Assembly: GCA_963665325.3 (NCBI GenBank)
Contig: CAXXWS020000002.1
Coordinates: 1,152,001 to 1,216,000 of the forward strand
Reading direction: 5' to 3'
Length of the DNA stretch: 64,000 bases
Source of the DNA: Alphaproteobacteria bacterium
Lineage (GTDB): Bacteria > Pseudomonadota > Alphaproteobacteria > Bin95
Below, in pieces: positions 33,286 to 44,369 of the stretch. The first letter of the stretch is position 1. The number at the start of each line of letters is the position of its first letter. The position numbers and the translations under genes were made by a program. Below the pieces are notes generated by a model. The model ran no database searches. It saw only the letters and a list, made by a program, of their open reading frames with translations, and was not told where the DNA came from.

Positions 33286-34281
33286 CTATTGCATTCGGTG
33301 CGGGTCGAACCGCAGGGTCAGCGACTTCCAGAGTCCCATCTTGCCCGGAGGCACATCCAGTTGCTCGCAAAACGGATGGCGCAGCGCGCGTTCCGCGCGC
33401 TCCTGGGCGGCCCGGTAACTGCGGCTGCCCTTGCTGTCCACGGCCTTGATCGAGGTAACGCGCCGATCGGAACCGAGCGCGACCTGCAGCACGACGATAT
33501 GGCGCTCGGCTGGGGCGAGGCCAGGAATGGTTTGCCAGCAGCGTGAAAGCTGCCGAAACAACCGGTGCTTCTCGGATATGGTGAAGACCGGCTCCTCGGC
33601 TTCCTCGCGCGCAGGCGGCGTATCGTCCGATACGGCGCTTCGCAGGGTGTCGAGATCGTTCGGGAGCGCGGCCTGGCGAAGCGCCTTGAGTTCGTCGGGC
33701 GGGTCTGCCGGCGCGGCTTGCGGAAGCGGTGGAGGCTCCGGCGCCGCTTGCGGTTCGGGAGCTTTCGGGGCCGGTTTCGCCCGCGCCTGCTGCTGCGGGG
33801 GACGCTGCGGCAGGGGCGGTGGCTTCGGATCGGACGCCGGGGGCGCCTTCTCGGGCTCCCGCGGGCTCGGAGGGAGCGGCGCGACTGCGGGCGCCGGCTC
33901 AGGCTCCGGCAGCGGTTGGGGCTTCGGCGGCTCCGGGGCGAGTGCGGCGACCTGCACGGGCTCTTCCTGCGGTACCGGCTCGGCGGGCGGCGTCTCGACG
34001 GGCGGGGGCTCTGCTACCACCGGCTCCGGCTCGGAAGGCTTCTCGACAGGCGGGGGCTCTGCTACCGCCGGCTCCGGCTCGGATGCTGTGTCGGGAGGCG
34101 ATGGCTCCACCGGAGGCAGGGGTCCCTTCGCTTCCGTGCGCTCGCTCACCATCGTCACCGTGACCGGAATCGGCACTTCCAGAGGATCGGGCGCATCGTG
34201 CAGCGCCGGCAATCCCACGACGCTCAGGATCAGGAGGCCGATATGGGCAAGCGCCGAGATGAGCAGGCTTGAATGCGTCAC
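33286..34281 (-). CDS. tolA: TolA-like protein (Pro-rich linker)
   Basis: N-terminal TM with SALAH motif, Pro/Glu-rich linker, C-terminal CW..AERAL..LRFDP; lies between tolR and tolB. Confidence 0.85.
   Translation of the reverse strand: MTHSSLLISALAHIGLLILSVVGLPALHDAPDPLEVPIPVTVTMVSERTEAKGPLPPVEPSPPDTASEPEPAVAEPPPVEKPSEPEPVVAEPPPVETPPAEPVPQEEPVQVAALAPEPPKPQPLPEPEPAPAVAPLPPSPREPEKAPPASDPKPPPLPQRPPQQQARAKPAPKAPEPQAAPEPPPLPQAAPADPPDELKALRQAALPNDLDTLRSAVSDDTPPAREEAEEPVFTISEKHRLFRQLSRCWQTIPGLAPAERHIVVLQVALGSDRRVTSIKAVDSKGSRSYRAAQERAERALRHPFCEQLDVPPGKMGLWKSLTLRFDPHRMQ
33993..34083. repeat. 48-bp in-frame tandem duplication inside tolA
   Basis: tctcgac[g/a]ggcgggggctctgctacc[a/g]ccggctccggctcgga occurs at 33993 and 34041, encoding SEPEP(A/V)VAEPPPVE twice. 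Confidence 0.85.
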
Positions 34282-34718
34282 CGGGAAGTTCCCGCGGGCG
34301 GCAACTCCGCCATCAGCGACACCTTGTCGAAGCCTGCGGCCGCCAGCGCCCCCATGACCTCCATTACCCGACCGTAGTCGATGGCCCGGTCGCCGCGGAT
34401 ATAGACATAGGTGTCGCTGCGCGCGCCCATGATCGCACGCAGCTTCGCCGCGAGCCGGTCGAGGTCCACCTCGGTCTCCTGGATATGGACCCGGCCCTCG
34501 GCATCGACGGTGACGACCAGCGGCTCGTCGCGGTCTGTAAGCTGCGCGGCCTGCGTCTCCGGCAGGTCAACCGGCACCCCGACGGTGAGCAGCGGCGCGG
34601 TGATCATGAACACGACCAACAACACCAGCATGACATCGACCAGCGGCGTCACATTGATTTCGCTCATCGGGCTGTATCTACGCCCGCGCCGGCCCGGTCC
34701 TCCAAGGGGAGCGACCAC
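34278..34718 (-). CDS. tolR: TolR
   Basis: EINVTPLVDVMLVLLVVFMITAP, RGDRAIDYGRVM. Confidence 0.96.
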   Translation of the reverse strand: MVAPLGGPGRRGRRYSPMSEINVTPLVDVMLVLLVVFMITAPLLTVGVPVDLPETQAAQLTDRDEPLVVTVDAEGRVHIQETEVDLDRLAAKLRAIMGARSDTYVYIRGDRAIDYGRVMEVMGALAAAGFDKVSLMAELPPAGTSR

Positions 34719-34719
34719 C

Positions 34720-35451
34720 TCAGCCGGCCTCCGAGAGTTCGCGCGAGGTGACGGTGACTACATCGGCGACGAGCCCGTCCAGCCTCGCCCCGTAGCGGTT
34801 GATGTCGTTCGAGAACTTGTTGTAGGCGACGACCGCCGGGATTGCGGCGACCAGCCCGAGCGCGGTTGCGAACAGCGCTTCGGCGATGCCCGGCGCGACG
34901 ACGGCAAGGTTGGTCTGCTTGGACGCCGCGATGGCGGCAAAGCTGTTCATGATGCCCCACACCGTGCCGAACAGGCCGATGAACGGCGAGACCGACCCGA
35001 CCGACGCCAGGAAGATCATGTGTCGTTCGATACGGTCCATCCAGCGGCCGGCTTCGACCGTCATCACCCGCTCGACCCGCGCCTGTAGCGCCCCGCGGGC
35101 GGTCGCGTCCGCCAGCGTGCCGCTGCCCAACGAGCCTTGCAGTTCAAGCATCGCTTCGCCGAACACACAGCTCATCGGATCGCGGTCCTTGTGGCTGACC
35201 TCCGCATGCAGGTCTTCCAGGGAGGCGACCGACCAGAACAGTTCCTCGAAGCCGTTGGCGTCGCGATTGAGGCGGCGCAACCGGCGCCATTTGTCGAAAA
35301 TGATGGCCCAGGACATGACGGAGGCGAGCAGCAGCACCAGCATCACCGCCTTGACGACAATATCGGCCTGCAGAAACAGGCTGAACGGCGAAAGCGTGTC
35401 CGCCGCTGCAATCGAACCGGAGACCAGGCCCTGCACCAGTGCATCGTCCAT
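34720..35451 (-). CDS. tolQ: TolQ
   Basis: SPFIGLFGTVWGIM, VAPGIAEALFATALGL..AIPAV. Confidence 0.97.
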   Translation of the reverse strand: MDDALVQGLVSGSIAAADTLSPFSLFLQADIVVKAVMLVLLLASVMSWAIIFDKWRRLRRLNRDANGFEELFWSVASLEDLHAEVSHKDRDPMSCVFGEAMLELQGSLGSGTLADATARGALQARVERVMTVEAGRWMDRIERHMIFLASVGSVSPFIGLFGTVWGIMNSFAAIAASKQTNLAVVAPGIAEALFATALGLVAAIPAVVAYNKFSNDINRYGARLDGLVADVVTVTSRELSEAG

Positions 35452-35458
35452 TGGCTGA

Positions 35459-35893
35459 CTAACCTTCTCTCAATTCATCCCGCAATTGGGCAAAAACATG
35501 GCGCAATCGCACCGGAAGCCGCTTGGGGCGGCCATTCTCGCCGAGCCTGGCGATGCGGATCCGAATCGTCACCAACAGTTCGCCAGCCCGCCATATACTC
35601 TGCGTCAGCGACATTGTCGCGCCGCTGACGCCCGTTGGCCTCGTGCGCACTTCCAACGCGTCGTCGAGCCGGGCCGGCCGATGGTAGCGAATGGTGCAAT
35701 CGACCACCGCGAACGCGATATGCCGGTTGGTGAAACCCAGTTGCCGCAGCAATTCGGTGCGGGCGCGCTCGGCGAAGCGAAGATAGGCGGCGTGATAGAC
35801 GATGCCGCCCGCGTCGGTGTCCTCATAGTAGATGCGGACCGGAAAGACATGGTCTTTCCGGCCGGGCTGCCCGCCTTCGGCGTCAGCCCCCAT
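35459..35893 (-). CDS. ybgC: YbgC/FadM family acyl-CoA thioesterase
   Basis: [33 protein letters not shown]; lies upstream of tolQ. Confidence 0.93.
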   Translation of the reverse strand: MGADAEGGQPGRKDHVFPVRIYYEDTDAGGIVYHAAYLRFAERARTELLRQLGFTNRHIAFAVVDCTIRYHRPARLDDALEVRTRPTGVSGATMSLTQSIWRAGELLVTIRIRIARLGENGRPKRLPVRLRHVFAQLRDELREG

Positions 35894-36905
35894 CGAACAG
35901 GTCTCCCGCGCTCCGGGGCGGCGGAAGGCCGAGGCACTCCCATCCCTGCCGCGAGAGCGTGCGTCCGCGCGGCGTGCGCAGCACCAGCGCCTCCCGGATG
36001 AGGTAGGGTTCGACCACCTCCTCCAGCACGTCGCGCTGCTCTGCGAGCGTGGCGGCAAGCGCTTCGGCTCCGGCGGGGCCGCCGCCATAGACTTCCGCCA
36101 GGCAGCGCATGTAGCGCCGGTCCATGGCGTCGAGGCCGAGCCGGTCCACCTCCAGCTGCACGAGGGCGGCGTCGGCCGCCACCTGGTCGATCTCGCCGCG
36201 CCCTGCCACAGCGGCGAAGTCATGCACCCGGCGCAGCAGCCGGCCTGCGATTCGCGGCGTGCCCCGCGCCCGTCGCGCGATCTCGAGCGCGCCTGCATCG
36301 CTCGCCGGAATGCCCAGCAGACCGGCGGCGCGCGCCACAATGCTCGCGAGTTCCTCCGGTTCGTAGAAGTCGAGGCGCAGCGGGATGCCGAAGCGCTCAC
36401 GAAGCGGCGTCGTCAGCAGGCCGGCGCGTGTCGTGGCGCCCACCAGCGTGAAGGGCGGCAGGTCGATCCGCACCGAACGCGCGGACGGCCCCTCGCCGAT
36501 CATCAGGTCGAGCTGGCAATCCTCCAGCGCCGGGTAGAGGATTTCCTCGACCGCCGGGTTCAGGCGGTGGATTTCGTCGATGAACAGCACATCGCGCGGC
36601 TGGAGATTGGTGAGCAGCGCCGCGAGGTCGCCGGCACGCAGGATGATCGGCCCGGAAGTGGCGCGGAATCCGACGCCGAGTTCGCGGGCAACGATCTGCG
36701 CCAGTGTGGTCTTGCCAAGGCCCGGAGGGCCGACGAACAGCACATGGTCGAGCGCCTCGCCGCGCGCCCTGGCGGCGTCGATAAAGACCTTGAGGTTGCG
36801 CCGCAGCCGCTCCTGGCCCACGAATTCGTCCAGCGTCTCGGGGCGGAGCGCCACGTCGCGGTCTCCGGGCCGGTGTTCGGGCGCCACGTTTCGCTCCGCC
36901 GTCAC
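35883..36905 (-). CDS. ruvB: Holliday junction branch migration helicase RuvB
   Basis: [36 protein letters not shown]; GTGA overlap with ruvA. Confidence 0.98.
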   Translation of the reverse strand: MTAERNVAPEHRPGDRDVALRPETLDEFVGQERLRRNLKVFIDAARARGEALDHVLFVGPPGLGKTTLAQIVARELGVGFRATSGPIILRAGDLAALLTNLQPRDVLFIDEIHRLNPAVEEILYPALEDCQLDLMIGEGPSARSVRIDLPPFTLVGATTRAGLLTTPLRERFGIPLRLDFYEPEELASIVARAAGLLGIPASDAGALEIARRARGTPRIAGRLLRRVHDFAAVAGRGEIDQVAADAALVQLEVDRLGLDAMDRRYMRCLAEVYGGGPAGAEALAATLAEQRDVLEEVVEPYLIREALVLRTPRGRTLSRQGWECLGLPPPRSAGDLFDGG

Positions 36906-37492
36906 CGCACAAGTTCCCTGAGGCTCGCCCGGACAAGGTCGTCGAAGGCGGCCGTCTCGCCGAGGCTGTGCCTTGCCGCTGCCGCCGCTGCATGGGCCTC
37001 GGAACGCCCGTAGCCGAGGTTGACCAGCGCCGAAAGCAGCTCGTCCCCTCCGCCCGCTCCGGCGGCGGCGGGCACGGCGAGCGCCGCGGCAGGCATGGCG
37101 GCCTTGCCCTTCACCTCGTTGACGATGCGCGTGGCCAGTCTTGGGCCGACGCCCTCGGCGCGGGTCAGCGCCTTGCGGTCCTCGGCGAGGACGGCGGTCA
37201 GCAGTTCCTCCGGTGCGAGCGCCGAAAGCAGCGCCAGTGCTACACGTCCGCCGACTCCCTGGACGCCGGTCAGATGGCGGAACCAGTCCCGCTCGGCGGC
37301 GTCGGCAAAGCCGTAAAGCGTGATCGAGTCCTCCCGGACCCTCGTCTCGACCAGCAGGGTGGCGTCCCGGCCGTTCTCCAGGCGTCCGGCCGTGCGGCCG
37401 GAAGTGTGGACCACATAACCGACACCGGCGACATCGACGACCAGCGCCTCGCCGTCGCCGAGATCGACGGTTCCGGTCAGGCGCCCGATCAT
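36902..37492 (-). CDS. ruvA: Holliday junction DNA-binding protein RuvA
   Basis: MIGRLTG, VGY, VRED..LYGF, HhH GVG motifs, SALVNLGY. Confidence 0.97.
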   Translation of the reverse strand: MIGRLTGTVDLGDGEALVVDVAGVGYVVHTSGRTAGRLENGRDATLLVETRVREDSITLYGFADAAERDWFRHLTGVQGVGGRVALALLSALAPEELLTAVLAEDRKALTRAEGVGPRLATRIVNEVKGKAAMPAAALAVPAAAGAGGGDELLSALVNLGYGRSEAHAAAAAARHSLGETAAFDDLVRASLRELVR

Positions 37493-37986
37493 CCGGCCGC
37501 CGCCGCGAACGGCAGACGATGGGCATGGGCTATCGCTACCGCCAGCGCATCGGCCGCGTCCGCGCCCACGGGATTGCAGCCGGGCAACAGCAGGCGGACC
37601 ATGTATTGCACCTGCGCCTTGTCCGCCCCGCCTGCGCCGACCAGCGCCTTCTTGATGCTGCGCGGCGCATATTCCGCGACCGGCAGCCCGGCATTGGCCG
37701 AGACCACCAGCGCGGTTCCCCGCGCCATGCCGAGCTTCAGCGCGGCGCTCGCGCTGCGATGGACGAAAACCTCCTCCACCGCTGCCGTATCCGGCGCGAA
37801 TTGCTCGATGACACCGGTCAGGCCGGCGAAGAGTTCCGCCAGGCGGTCGGCGGTTTCGCCCGTTGGGTCGGGCTTCAGTTCGCCGTTGGCGACATGCGTA
37901 AGGCGTCCGCGGTGCGCATCGACGATCCCCCAGCCTGTCACCCTCAAGCCGGGGTCGAACCCGATGACCCGCTCGCCGCCGGTCAT
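37489..37986 (-). CDS. ruvC: Holliday junction resolvase RuvC
   Basis: [38 protein letters not shown]. Confidence 0.97.
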   Translation of the reverse strand: MTGGERVIGFDPGLRVTGWGIVDAHRGRLTHVANGELKPDPTGETADRLAELFAGLTGVIEQFAPDTAAVEEVFVHRSASAALKLGMARGTALVVSANAGLPVAEYAPRSIKKALVGAGGADKAQVQYMVRLLLPGCNPVGADAADALAVAIAHAHRLPFAAAAG

Positions 37987-38732
37987 CCGGCGAGCCTGGC
38001 GAGCACCTCGTCCGACACGTCGTAGTTCGCCGAGACGTTCTGCACATCGTCATGGTCGTCGAGCGCCTCGAGCAGCTTGAATAGTACAGCGGCAGGCTCT
38101 TCCCCGACGGGAACCAGGGTTTGCGGCTTCCAGACCAGCTGTGCCGCCTGCGGCTCGCCGACGGACAGCTCCAGGGCCTCGCGCACGGCGTGCAGGTCTT
38201 CCGGCGCGGTCAGCACATCGTGGCCGTCACCGTCGGAGACCATGTCGTCCGCCCCGGCTTCGAGGGCGGCCTCGAAAATCTCGTCAGTGCTGGCCGCATC
38301 CTCGGCGAAGCGGATCAGACCCGCCCGGTCGAACAGGAAGCTCACCGAGCCGGTTTCGCCGAGCGATCCGCCGTTCTTCGAGAACGCGGCGCGGACATCC
38401 GCGGCCGTGCGGTTGCGGTTGTCGGTCAGCGCCTCGACGATCACCGCGACACCGGCCGGGCCGTATCCTTCGTAGCGCACCTCTTCATAGACCGCGCCTC
38501 CGTCGTCGCCGGCGGCACGCTTCATCGCGCGGTCGATACGGTCGCGTGGCATGTTGGCGGCGCGGGCGGCCTGGATTGCGGACCGCAGGCGAGGGTTCGA
38601 TTCGGGGTCCGGGGAACCGAGCTTAGCCGCCACCTCGATCTCGCGCCCGATCTTGGTGAACAGCCGCGCGCGCTTCGCGTCCTGCGCGCCCTTGCGGTAC
38701 ATGATGTTCTTGAATTGCGAATGTCCGGCCAT
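37983..38732 (-). CDS. yebC: YebC/PmpR family protein
   Basis: [38 protein letters not shown]. Confidence 0.97.
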   Translation of the reverse strand: MAGHSQFKNIMYRKGAQDAKRARLFTKIGREIEVAAKLGSPDPESNPRLRSAIQAARAANMPRDRIDRAMKRAAGDDGGAVYEEVRYEGYGPAGVAVIVEALTDNRNRTAADVRAAFSKNGGSLGETGSVSFLFDRAGLIRFAEDAASTDEIFEAALEAGADDMVSDGDGHDVLTAPEDLHAVREALELSVGEPQAAQLVWKPQTLVPVGEEPAAVLFKLLEALDDHDDVQNVSANYDVSDEVLARLAG

Positions 38733-38774
38733 CGGCCCGCCGCCCCCTTGCCGCCGCGAATTCGGGAACCGTGG

Positions 38775-39596
38775 CTATATAACGCAGGCGGGCAGGGTCT
38801 GCGAGAGCCGGCCCCCGACCCGCACCGGCTCGGCGCTGATTGCAAGGCCGGTCCGGTCGTCGGTTTCGACGAATAGCCCGCACACCGTCGCCGGGCCCGC
38901 CGCCGGCTCCAGCCGTCCGCCAGACATCTTGCGCACGAAGCGGCGCATCGGCTCGTCCTTGGCCATGCCGATAACGGAATCGTAGTCGCCGCACATGCCG
39001 GAGTCGGTCTGGTAGGCGGTGCCCTTCGGCAACACCGTCGCATCGGCTGTCGGGACATGGGTGTGGGTGCCGACCACGACCGACACGTCGCCGTCGAAGA
39101 AGTGCCCGAAGACCATCTTCTCGCTGCTCGCCTCGCCGTGAAAGTCGATCAGGATCGCCTGCGTCCCGCCGCCCAGCGGGTAGCGCTTGAGCGCGCGCAA
39201 CACCGCGGCGAACGGGTCGTCCAGCGGGTCCATGAACAGCCGCGCCATGGCGTTGACCACAATCGCCCGGCGCCCGTCTTCCAGCACAACCTCCGCGAGG
39301 CCGCGACCGGGCGTGCCGGCCGGGTAGTTGATCGGGCGGAGCAGCATCGGCTGCTTCTCCATGTAGGGGACGATTTCCTTGCGGTCCCAGACATGGTTGC
39401 CGGAAGTCACGACGTCAGCCCCGGCCTTGTACAGTTCATCGACCATGTCCGGCATCATGCCGACGCCGTGGGCCATGTTCTCGCCGTTGACCACGGCAAG
39501 GTCCACGGTGAGCCGCCGGCGCAGTTCCGGCAGCTGCGCCGCCACGGCATCGCGGCCGGCCCGGCCCACCACATCGCCCAGAAAGAGAATACGCAC
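38775..39596 (-). CDS. YmdB-family metallophosphoesterase
   Basis: LFLGDVVG, NGEN, TSGNHVWD, DFHGEASSEK, GTHTHVPTAD. Confidence 0.95.
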   Translation of the reverse strand: MRILFLGDVVGRAGRDAVAAQLPELRRRLTVDLAVVNGENMAHGVGMMPDMVDELYKAGADVVTSGNHVWDRKEIVPYMEKQPMLLRPINYPAGTPGRGLAEVVLEDGRRAIVVNAMARLFMDPLDDPFAAVLRALKRYPLGGGTQAILIDFHGEASSEKMVFGHFFDGDVSVVVGTHTHVPTADATVLPKGTAYQTDSGMCGDYDSVIGMAKDEPMRRFVRKMSGGRLEPAAGPATVCGLFVETDDRTGLAISAEPVRVGGRLSQTLPACVI

Positions 39597-39597
39597 C

Positions 39598-40140
39598 CTA
39601 TGGTCTCCGTTCGAAATATCTGAGTCCGGTTTCCGTCACGATGCCGGCCAGCGGCCGGTCATCCGGTCCGACCGGCACGGCCGCCACTTCCTGGTCAGCA
39701 TAGGCCGCGCCGATGGCCAGCGCACCGGTCGCCGCGATGGTCCGGTCGTAATAGCCGCCGCCGTAGCCGAGGCGGTTGCCGCGGGCGTCGAAGGCCAGCA
39801 GCGGCACGAGCAGCACATCCGGATCGGCGGGCGGGCCGGTAGGCTCCGAAAGCCCGAAAGGACCCGGCGCCAGAGAATCGTCCGGCTGCCAGAGGCGGAA
39901 GATGAGCGCCGTGCCTCGAGGGCCGGTCACCGGCAGGGCAATCGGCCGGCCGAGGGCCAGCAGCAGCGGGCGAGGGTCGATTTCTCCGCGGATCGGCCAG
40001 TAGCCGGCGATGCACCGGCCTTCGAGCGCCGCCGTCGAGGCGAGCGCAGCCGGCGGGAACCCGGCCCGCCGCCTGCGCATTTCACGGCGCATGGCCGCTT
40101 TGGCGGAAGCAAGCGAAGCCGCCCTGGCCGTTGGTCTCAA
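39598..40140 (-). CDS. ygfA: 5-formyltetrahydrofolate cyclo-ligase
   Basis: YWPIRGEID, LVPLLAFD..GNRLGYGGGYYDRT. Start uncertain (TTG 40140 or ATG 40092). Confidence 0.93.
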   Translation of the reverse strand: MRPTARAASLASAKAAMRREMRRRRAGFPPAALASTAALEGRCIAGYWPIRGEIDPRPLLLALGRPIALPVTGPRGTALIFRLWQPDDSLAPGPFGLSEPTGPPADPDVLLVPLLAFDARGNRLGYGGGYYDRTIAATGALAIGAAYADQEVAAVPVGPDDRPLAGIVTETGLRYFERRP

Positions 40141-40270
40141 ACCAATCCTCCGGGACCCTCGCTAACGAGGTGGGCGTCGTGTGCCGAAACCACGGCTCCG
40201 GCAGGGACAACTCCCTGGAGTTTCAGTATCGGCCCCGAGATATCGTTAGCCTGACGCACCGGGCAGCTTC
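40115..40270 (-). ncRNA. ssrS: 6S RNA
   Basis: Canonical position between zapA and ygfA. Terminal helix GAAGCTGCCC pairs with GGGCGGCTTC. It contains alpha-type elements CAGGGAGTTGTCCCTG and CGCCCACCT and spans 156 nt. Confidence 0.88.
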
Positions 40271-40279
40271 ACCGGGAAA

Positions 40280-40588
40280 CTAGGCGGGCGCCAGCCTGGA
40301 CGCAACCGTCTCGAGCTTGTCGGCCAGATACTCCAGTGCCATGGCCAGTTCTTCGAGATCCGGCGCTGTCTCCTGCTGCCGGGCCGATTGCTCCTGGATG
40401 AGGTCGTCGGCCAGCATCACGCTCGCCATGATGACGAGGTTGAGGTCGTTGACCCGGCCCATCTGGGTCGAAAGCCTGCTTACTCCGGCGCTCAGCAACG
40501 CGCCGGCGGTGCGGATTCGCTCCTGCTGGCCTTCATCGCATGCGAGGCTGTATTCCTTCCCGTTGATGGTGATGGCGACCTGGGCCAA
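40280..40588 (-). CDS. zapA: cell division protein ZapA
   Basis: [30 protein letters not shown]. Confidence 0.93.
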   Translation of the reverse strand: MAQVAITINGKEYSLACDEGQQERIRTAGALLSAGVSRLSTQMGRVNDLNLVIMASVMLADDLIQEQSARQQETAPDLEELAMALEYLADKLETVASRLAPA

Positions 40589-40593
40589 GGCCG

Positions 40594-40800
40594 TTACTCC
40601 CCGCTTTCGACCGCCGCGTCGAGGCGGGCGATGGCGTCGTCCAGACGAGTCGCGACCCGGCTGTGCAGGGCCCGGAGCAGGGTGAGTTCGGCCTCCGCCT
40701 CGGCGCTGCCGGCCGGGGCCGCATCGAGACGCTCCAGGGCGGTGTCGATGCGCGAGAGCGCTGCTTCGATACGCGAAATGGCCGCTTCGCTTCCGGTCAT
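40594..40800 (-). CDS. small coiled-coil protein upstream of zapA (DUF4164-like)
   Basis: RIEAALSRI...[12 protein letters not shown] pattern; usual alphaproteobacterial position between tkt and zapA. Confidence 0.7.
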   Translation of the reverse strand: MTGSEAAISRIEAALSRIDTALERLDAAPAGSAEAEAELTLLRALHSRVATRLDDAIARLDAAVESGE

Positions 40801-40876
40801 GCGGTTTTCGATCCCCAGTCCGTCCTTATTTGATAGGCAGCGCGCGCCAGCGTCAACAAACCGCTGTCCTGCCGTG

Positions 40877-40906
40877 TTGACGGCGCGTGTCCGGGACGGG
40901 CATTTT
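40877..40906 (+). promoter_or_regulatory. candidate sigma70-type promoter for tkt-gap
   Basis: TTGACG-18 nt-CATTTT; a divergent TTGACG lies on the minus strand at 40851-40856. Confidence 0.4.
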
Positions 40907-40948
40907 GCCCCACCCGACGCCTCCGATCCTGGACCTCCTCAGATCCCC

Positions 40949-42925
40949 ATGTCCGCCAAACCCGATCTCGCCTCCATGGCGAATGCCTTGCGTGCGCTTG
41001 CGATGGACGCTGTCGAGCAAGCGAATTCCGGCCATCCGGGCATGCCGATGGGCATGGCGGACGTGGCGACGGTGCTGTTCACGCGCTACCTGCGCTACGA
41101 CGCCGCTGCTCCCGATTGGCCGGACCGGGACCGGTTCGTGCTCTCCGCCGGGCACGGTTCGATGCTGCTTTACGGCCTGCTGCACCTGGCCGGCTATCCC
41201 GGCATGGACATGCACGAGATCGAGCGCTTCCGCCAGCTGGGCAGCGCCACGCCCGGGCATCCCGAATACGGCCACAGCCCCGGCGTGGAGACCACGACAG
41301 GGCCGCTCGGGCAGGGCATTGCCACGGCGGTTGGCATGAGCATCGCCGAGCGCGCGATGAACGCCGCCTTCGGCGACGATCTGGTGGACCACCGCTGTTG
41401 GGTCGTCGCGAGCGACGGCGACATGATGGAAGGCGTGTCACACGAGGCTGCCGCGCTTGCAGGCCATCTGCGGCTCGGCCGGCTGATCGTCCTCTACGAC
41501 GACAACGGTATCTCAATCGACGGGCCGACGGCGCTCGCCATGACGGACGACCCGGCGCGGCGCTTCGAGGCCTGCGGCTGGCACACGACCGCCTGCGACG
41601 GCCACGATCCCGACGATGTCGCCCGCGCCATCGACGCGGCGCTTGCCGACCCGCGCCCCTCCCTCGTCTCCTGCCGCACGACCATTGCCCTGGGCGCGCC
41701 GACCAAGGCGGGGACGGCCGCCTCGCACGGTGCGCCGCTCGGCGCCGACGAGGTTGCGGCGGCGCGCGAGGCGCTCGGCTGGAGCTACGCTCCCTTCATC
41801 GTCCCGAACGACATCGCCTCAGCCTGGCGCGACGCAGGCGCGAAGGGCAGGGCGGCGCGGGAAGCCTGGCAGAAGCGGCTGGAGGCGCGCGCGGACCGGG
41901 CGGAATTCCAGCGCCGCGCGAGCGGCGCGCTGCCGGCCGGCTTCGAGGCCGCCATGTCGGAATACAAGGCGGGCCTGCTGGCGGACCCGCCGAAGCTTGC
42001 CACAAGGCAGTCCTCGCAGCGCGCGCTCGGCGCGGTAAATGCGGCCCTGCCGGAAACGATCGGCGGCTCCGCCGACCTCACCGGTTCCAACGGCACGCTG
42101 ACGCCCGGCCTCGAGCCCTGGAACGCGGACAATTACGGCGGCCGCTACCTGCATTACGGCGTGCGCGAGCACGGCATGGCGGCGGCGATGAACGGCATGG
42201 CGCTGCATGGCGGCGTCATCCCCTACGGCGCCACCTTCCTGACCTTCACCGACTATTGCCGCCCGTCTATCCGGCTCGCAGCGCTGATGGGTATCCGGTC
42301 GATCTTCGTCATGACGCACGATTCCATCGGCCTCGGCGAGGACGGGCCGACGCACCAGCCCATCGAACATCTGGCGAGCCTGCGCGCCATGCCGGGCCTC
42401 GTCACGATGCGCCCGGCGGACGCGATGGAAACCGCGGAATGCTGGGAGGTTGCGCTTTCGCTGAAGGGACCGTCCGTGCTTGCGCTGACGCGCCAGGGCG
42501 TGCCCGCTGTCCGCACCGAGCCGGCGGCAGAGAACCTCTCGGCGCGCGGGGCCTATGTGCTCGCCGATTGCGGGGACGAGCCGGCGGCGGTGCTGATCGC
42601 AACCGGCTCCGAGGTCGGCATCGCGATGGAGGCGAAGGCGGCGCTCGACGCATCGGGCGTGCCGGCGCGCGTCGTGTCGATGCCGTCCATGGAGCTGTTC
42701 GAGCGCCAGGACGCGGCTTACCGTGCCAACGTGCTGCCGGAAGGCCCGGTGCGGGTTGCAGTCGAGGCGGCCGCATCCTTCGGCTGGGACCGGCATGTGG
42801 GCCCAGGCGGGGCGGTGGTCGGGATCGACGGCTTCGGCGCTTCGGCCCCGGCGCCGGCGCTGTATGAGCATTTCGGCATCACCGCCGAGCGTGTGGTCGA
42901 GGAAGTGCGCGCCCGGCTCGGCTGA
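40949..42925 (+). CDS. tkt: transketolase
   Basis: [52 protein letters not shown]. Confidence 0.98.
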   Translation: MSAKPDLASMANALRALAMDAVEQANSGHPGMPMGMADVATVLFTRYLRYDAAAPDWPDRDRFVLSAGHGSMLLYGLLHLAGYPGMDMHEIERFRQLGSATPGHPEYGHSPGVETTTGPLGQGIATAVGMSIAERAMNAAFGDDLVDHRCWVVASDGDMMEGVSHEAAALAGHLRLGRLIVLYDDNGISIDGPTALAMTDDPARRFEACGWHTTACDGHDPDDVARAIDAALADPRPSLVSCRTTIALGAPTKAGTAASHGAPLGADEVAAAREALGWSYAPFIVPNDIASAWRDAGAKGRAAREAWQKRLEARADRAEFQRRASGALPAGFEAAMSEYKAGLLADPPKLATRQSSQRALGAVNAALPETIGGSADLTGSNGTLTPGLEPWNADNYGGRYLHYGVREHGMAAAMNGMALHGGVIPYGATFLTFTDYCRPSIRLAALMGIRSIFVMTHDSIGLGEDGPTHQPIEHLASLRAMPGLVTMRPADAMETAECWEVALSLKGPSVLALTRQGVPAVRTEPAAENLSARGAYVLADCGDEPAAVLIATGSEVGIAMEAKAALDASGVPARVVSMPSMELFERQDAAYRANVLPEGPVRVAVEAAASFGWDRHVGPGGAVVGIDGFGASAPAPALYEHFGITAERVVEEVRARLG

Positions 42926-42963
42926 GGCCCGGGGCGCTTGAACGAGCAAGGGAGACGAGGGCC

Positions 42964-43968
42964 ATGACAGCCAGGGTCGCAATCAACGGTTTCGGGCGCA
43001 TCGGGCGCCTCGCATTGCGCGCGGCGCTGGAATCTGGGCGCAACGATCTCGAATTCGTCGCGGTCAACGACCTGGGGTCGGTCGAGGCGAACGCGCACCT
43101 GCTCAAATACGATTCGACCCACGGCACCTTGCCTATGGAGGTCAAGGCTTCCGGCAGCAGCATCGAGGTCGCGGGTCGGTCCATCCAGGTGCTGGCGGAG
43201 CGCAACCCGGCGGACCTGCCCTGGGGCGAGCTCGGCATCGACATCGTGCTCGAATGCACCGGCATTTTCGCCAGCAAGGCCAAGGCCGCGGCCCATCTGG
43301 AGGCCGGCGCGCGCAAGGTGCTGGTCTCCGCGCCTGCGGACAATGCGGACCTCACGGTCGTCTACGGCGTCAACCATGACGGGTTGGAGGCCGGCCACAC
43401 CGTCGTCTCCAACGCTTCCTGCACCACCAACTGCCTGGCCCCGGTGGCGCAGGTGCTGCATCGCGCCGTCGGCATCGAGCGCGGTTTCATGACCACGATT
43501 CACGCCTTTACCGGCGACCAGGCGATCCTCGACACGCTGCACGGAGACCTGCGCCGGGCGCGCGCCGCAGGGCAGTCGATGATCCCGACCTCGACGGGCG
43601 CGGCCCGCGCCGTCGGCCTCGTGCTGCCGGAGCTTGCGGGCAAGCTGGACGGCACGTCGGTGCGTGTGCCGACCGTGAATGTCTCGCTGATCGACTTCAA
43701 GTTCTCCGCCGGCCGCGCCACGACCGAGGACGAGGTGAACGGGGCCATCGCGGAGGCGGCCAGGGGCCGGCTGAAGGGCATTCTCGGCGTCAACGAGGCG
43801 CCGCTCGTTTCCAGCGACTTCAACCACGACCCGCGCAGCGCCGTGTTCGACGCGACCCAGACGAAGGTCATAGACGGCAGCTTCGTGCGCGTCATGGCCT
43901 GGTACGACAATGAATGGGGCTTCTCCAACCGCATGTCCGACACGGCAGCGGCGCTGGCGGCGGCTTGA
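42964..43968 (+). CDS. gap: glyceraldehyde-3-phosphate dehydrogenase, type I
   Basis: [37 protein letters not shown]. Confidence 0.98.
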   Translation: MTARVAINGFGRIGRLALRAALESGRNDLEFVAVNDLGSVEANAHLLKYDSTHGTLPMEVKASGSSIEVAGRSIQVLAERNPADLPWGELGIDIVLECTGIFASKAKAAAHLEAGARKVLVSAPADNADLTVVYGVNHDGLEAGHTVVSNASCTTNCLAPVAQVLHRAVGIERGFMTTIHAFTGDQAILDTLHGDLRRARAAGQSMIPTSTGAARAVGLVLPELAGKLDGTSVRVPTVNVSLIDFKFSAGRATTEDEVNGAIAEAARGRLKGILGVNEAPLVSSDFNHDPRSAVFDATQTKVIDGSFVRVMAWYDNEWGFSNRMSDTAAALAAA

Positions 43969-43999
43969 AGGGGGCCGGTTTGCCATAGTCATAGCGGTT

Positions 44000-44132
44000 G
44001 GCGCTTACCCCCTTTCGTTGCCCGGGCTGGAGCGAGGCGGAGAGCTGTAGCCTCGCGACGCCGGGGTACAGCCTTTCGACACTGCCGCAAGCCGTCCAAG
44101 GCCCCCAGGCTGCCCCCGGCGCGTCGGCGAGG
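44000..44132. repeat. degenerate REP-like palindromic element (copy A)
   Basis: 44000-44045 matches 45569-45614 at 37/46 positions (hand count). 44051-44073 is an imperfect inverted repeat of 44108-44132. Confidence 0.55.
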
Positions 44133-44369
44133 TTGAGCGGCGCCCCAAGCGCCTCCAGGCCGCACCCACGAGGACAGATAAGCGCCCCGGCTGCGTAGAA
44201 GAGGTGCGCCGATCTGCTCGGCAATGGGCTGGCGGCAGCCGCCAAACCGCACGAATTCTGATAGGCTAGACGTTGCCAAACCGGGGGTTATCCTTTCGCG
44301 CATCGGTTCTGCGGCATTCTGGTCGGTCTGGAGCTTCGCGGCCGGGCTCTGTTCACGAAGGGGCAAACA

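Noticed and set aside
40388-40948. Long N-terminal extensions in the ORF track (tkt, glmM, ruvA, ruvB, dctP, ybgC, argB, rpmH)
   Set aside because: The extensions overlap neighbouring genes; family-typical N-termini begin at the downstream starts used in the feature list.
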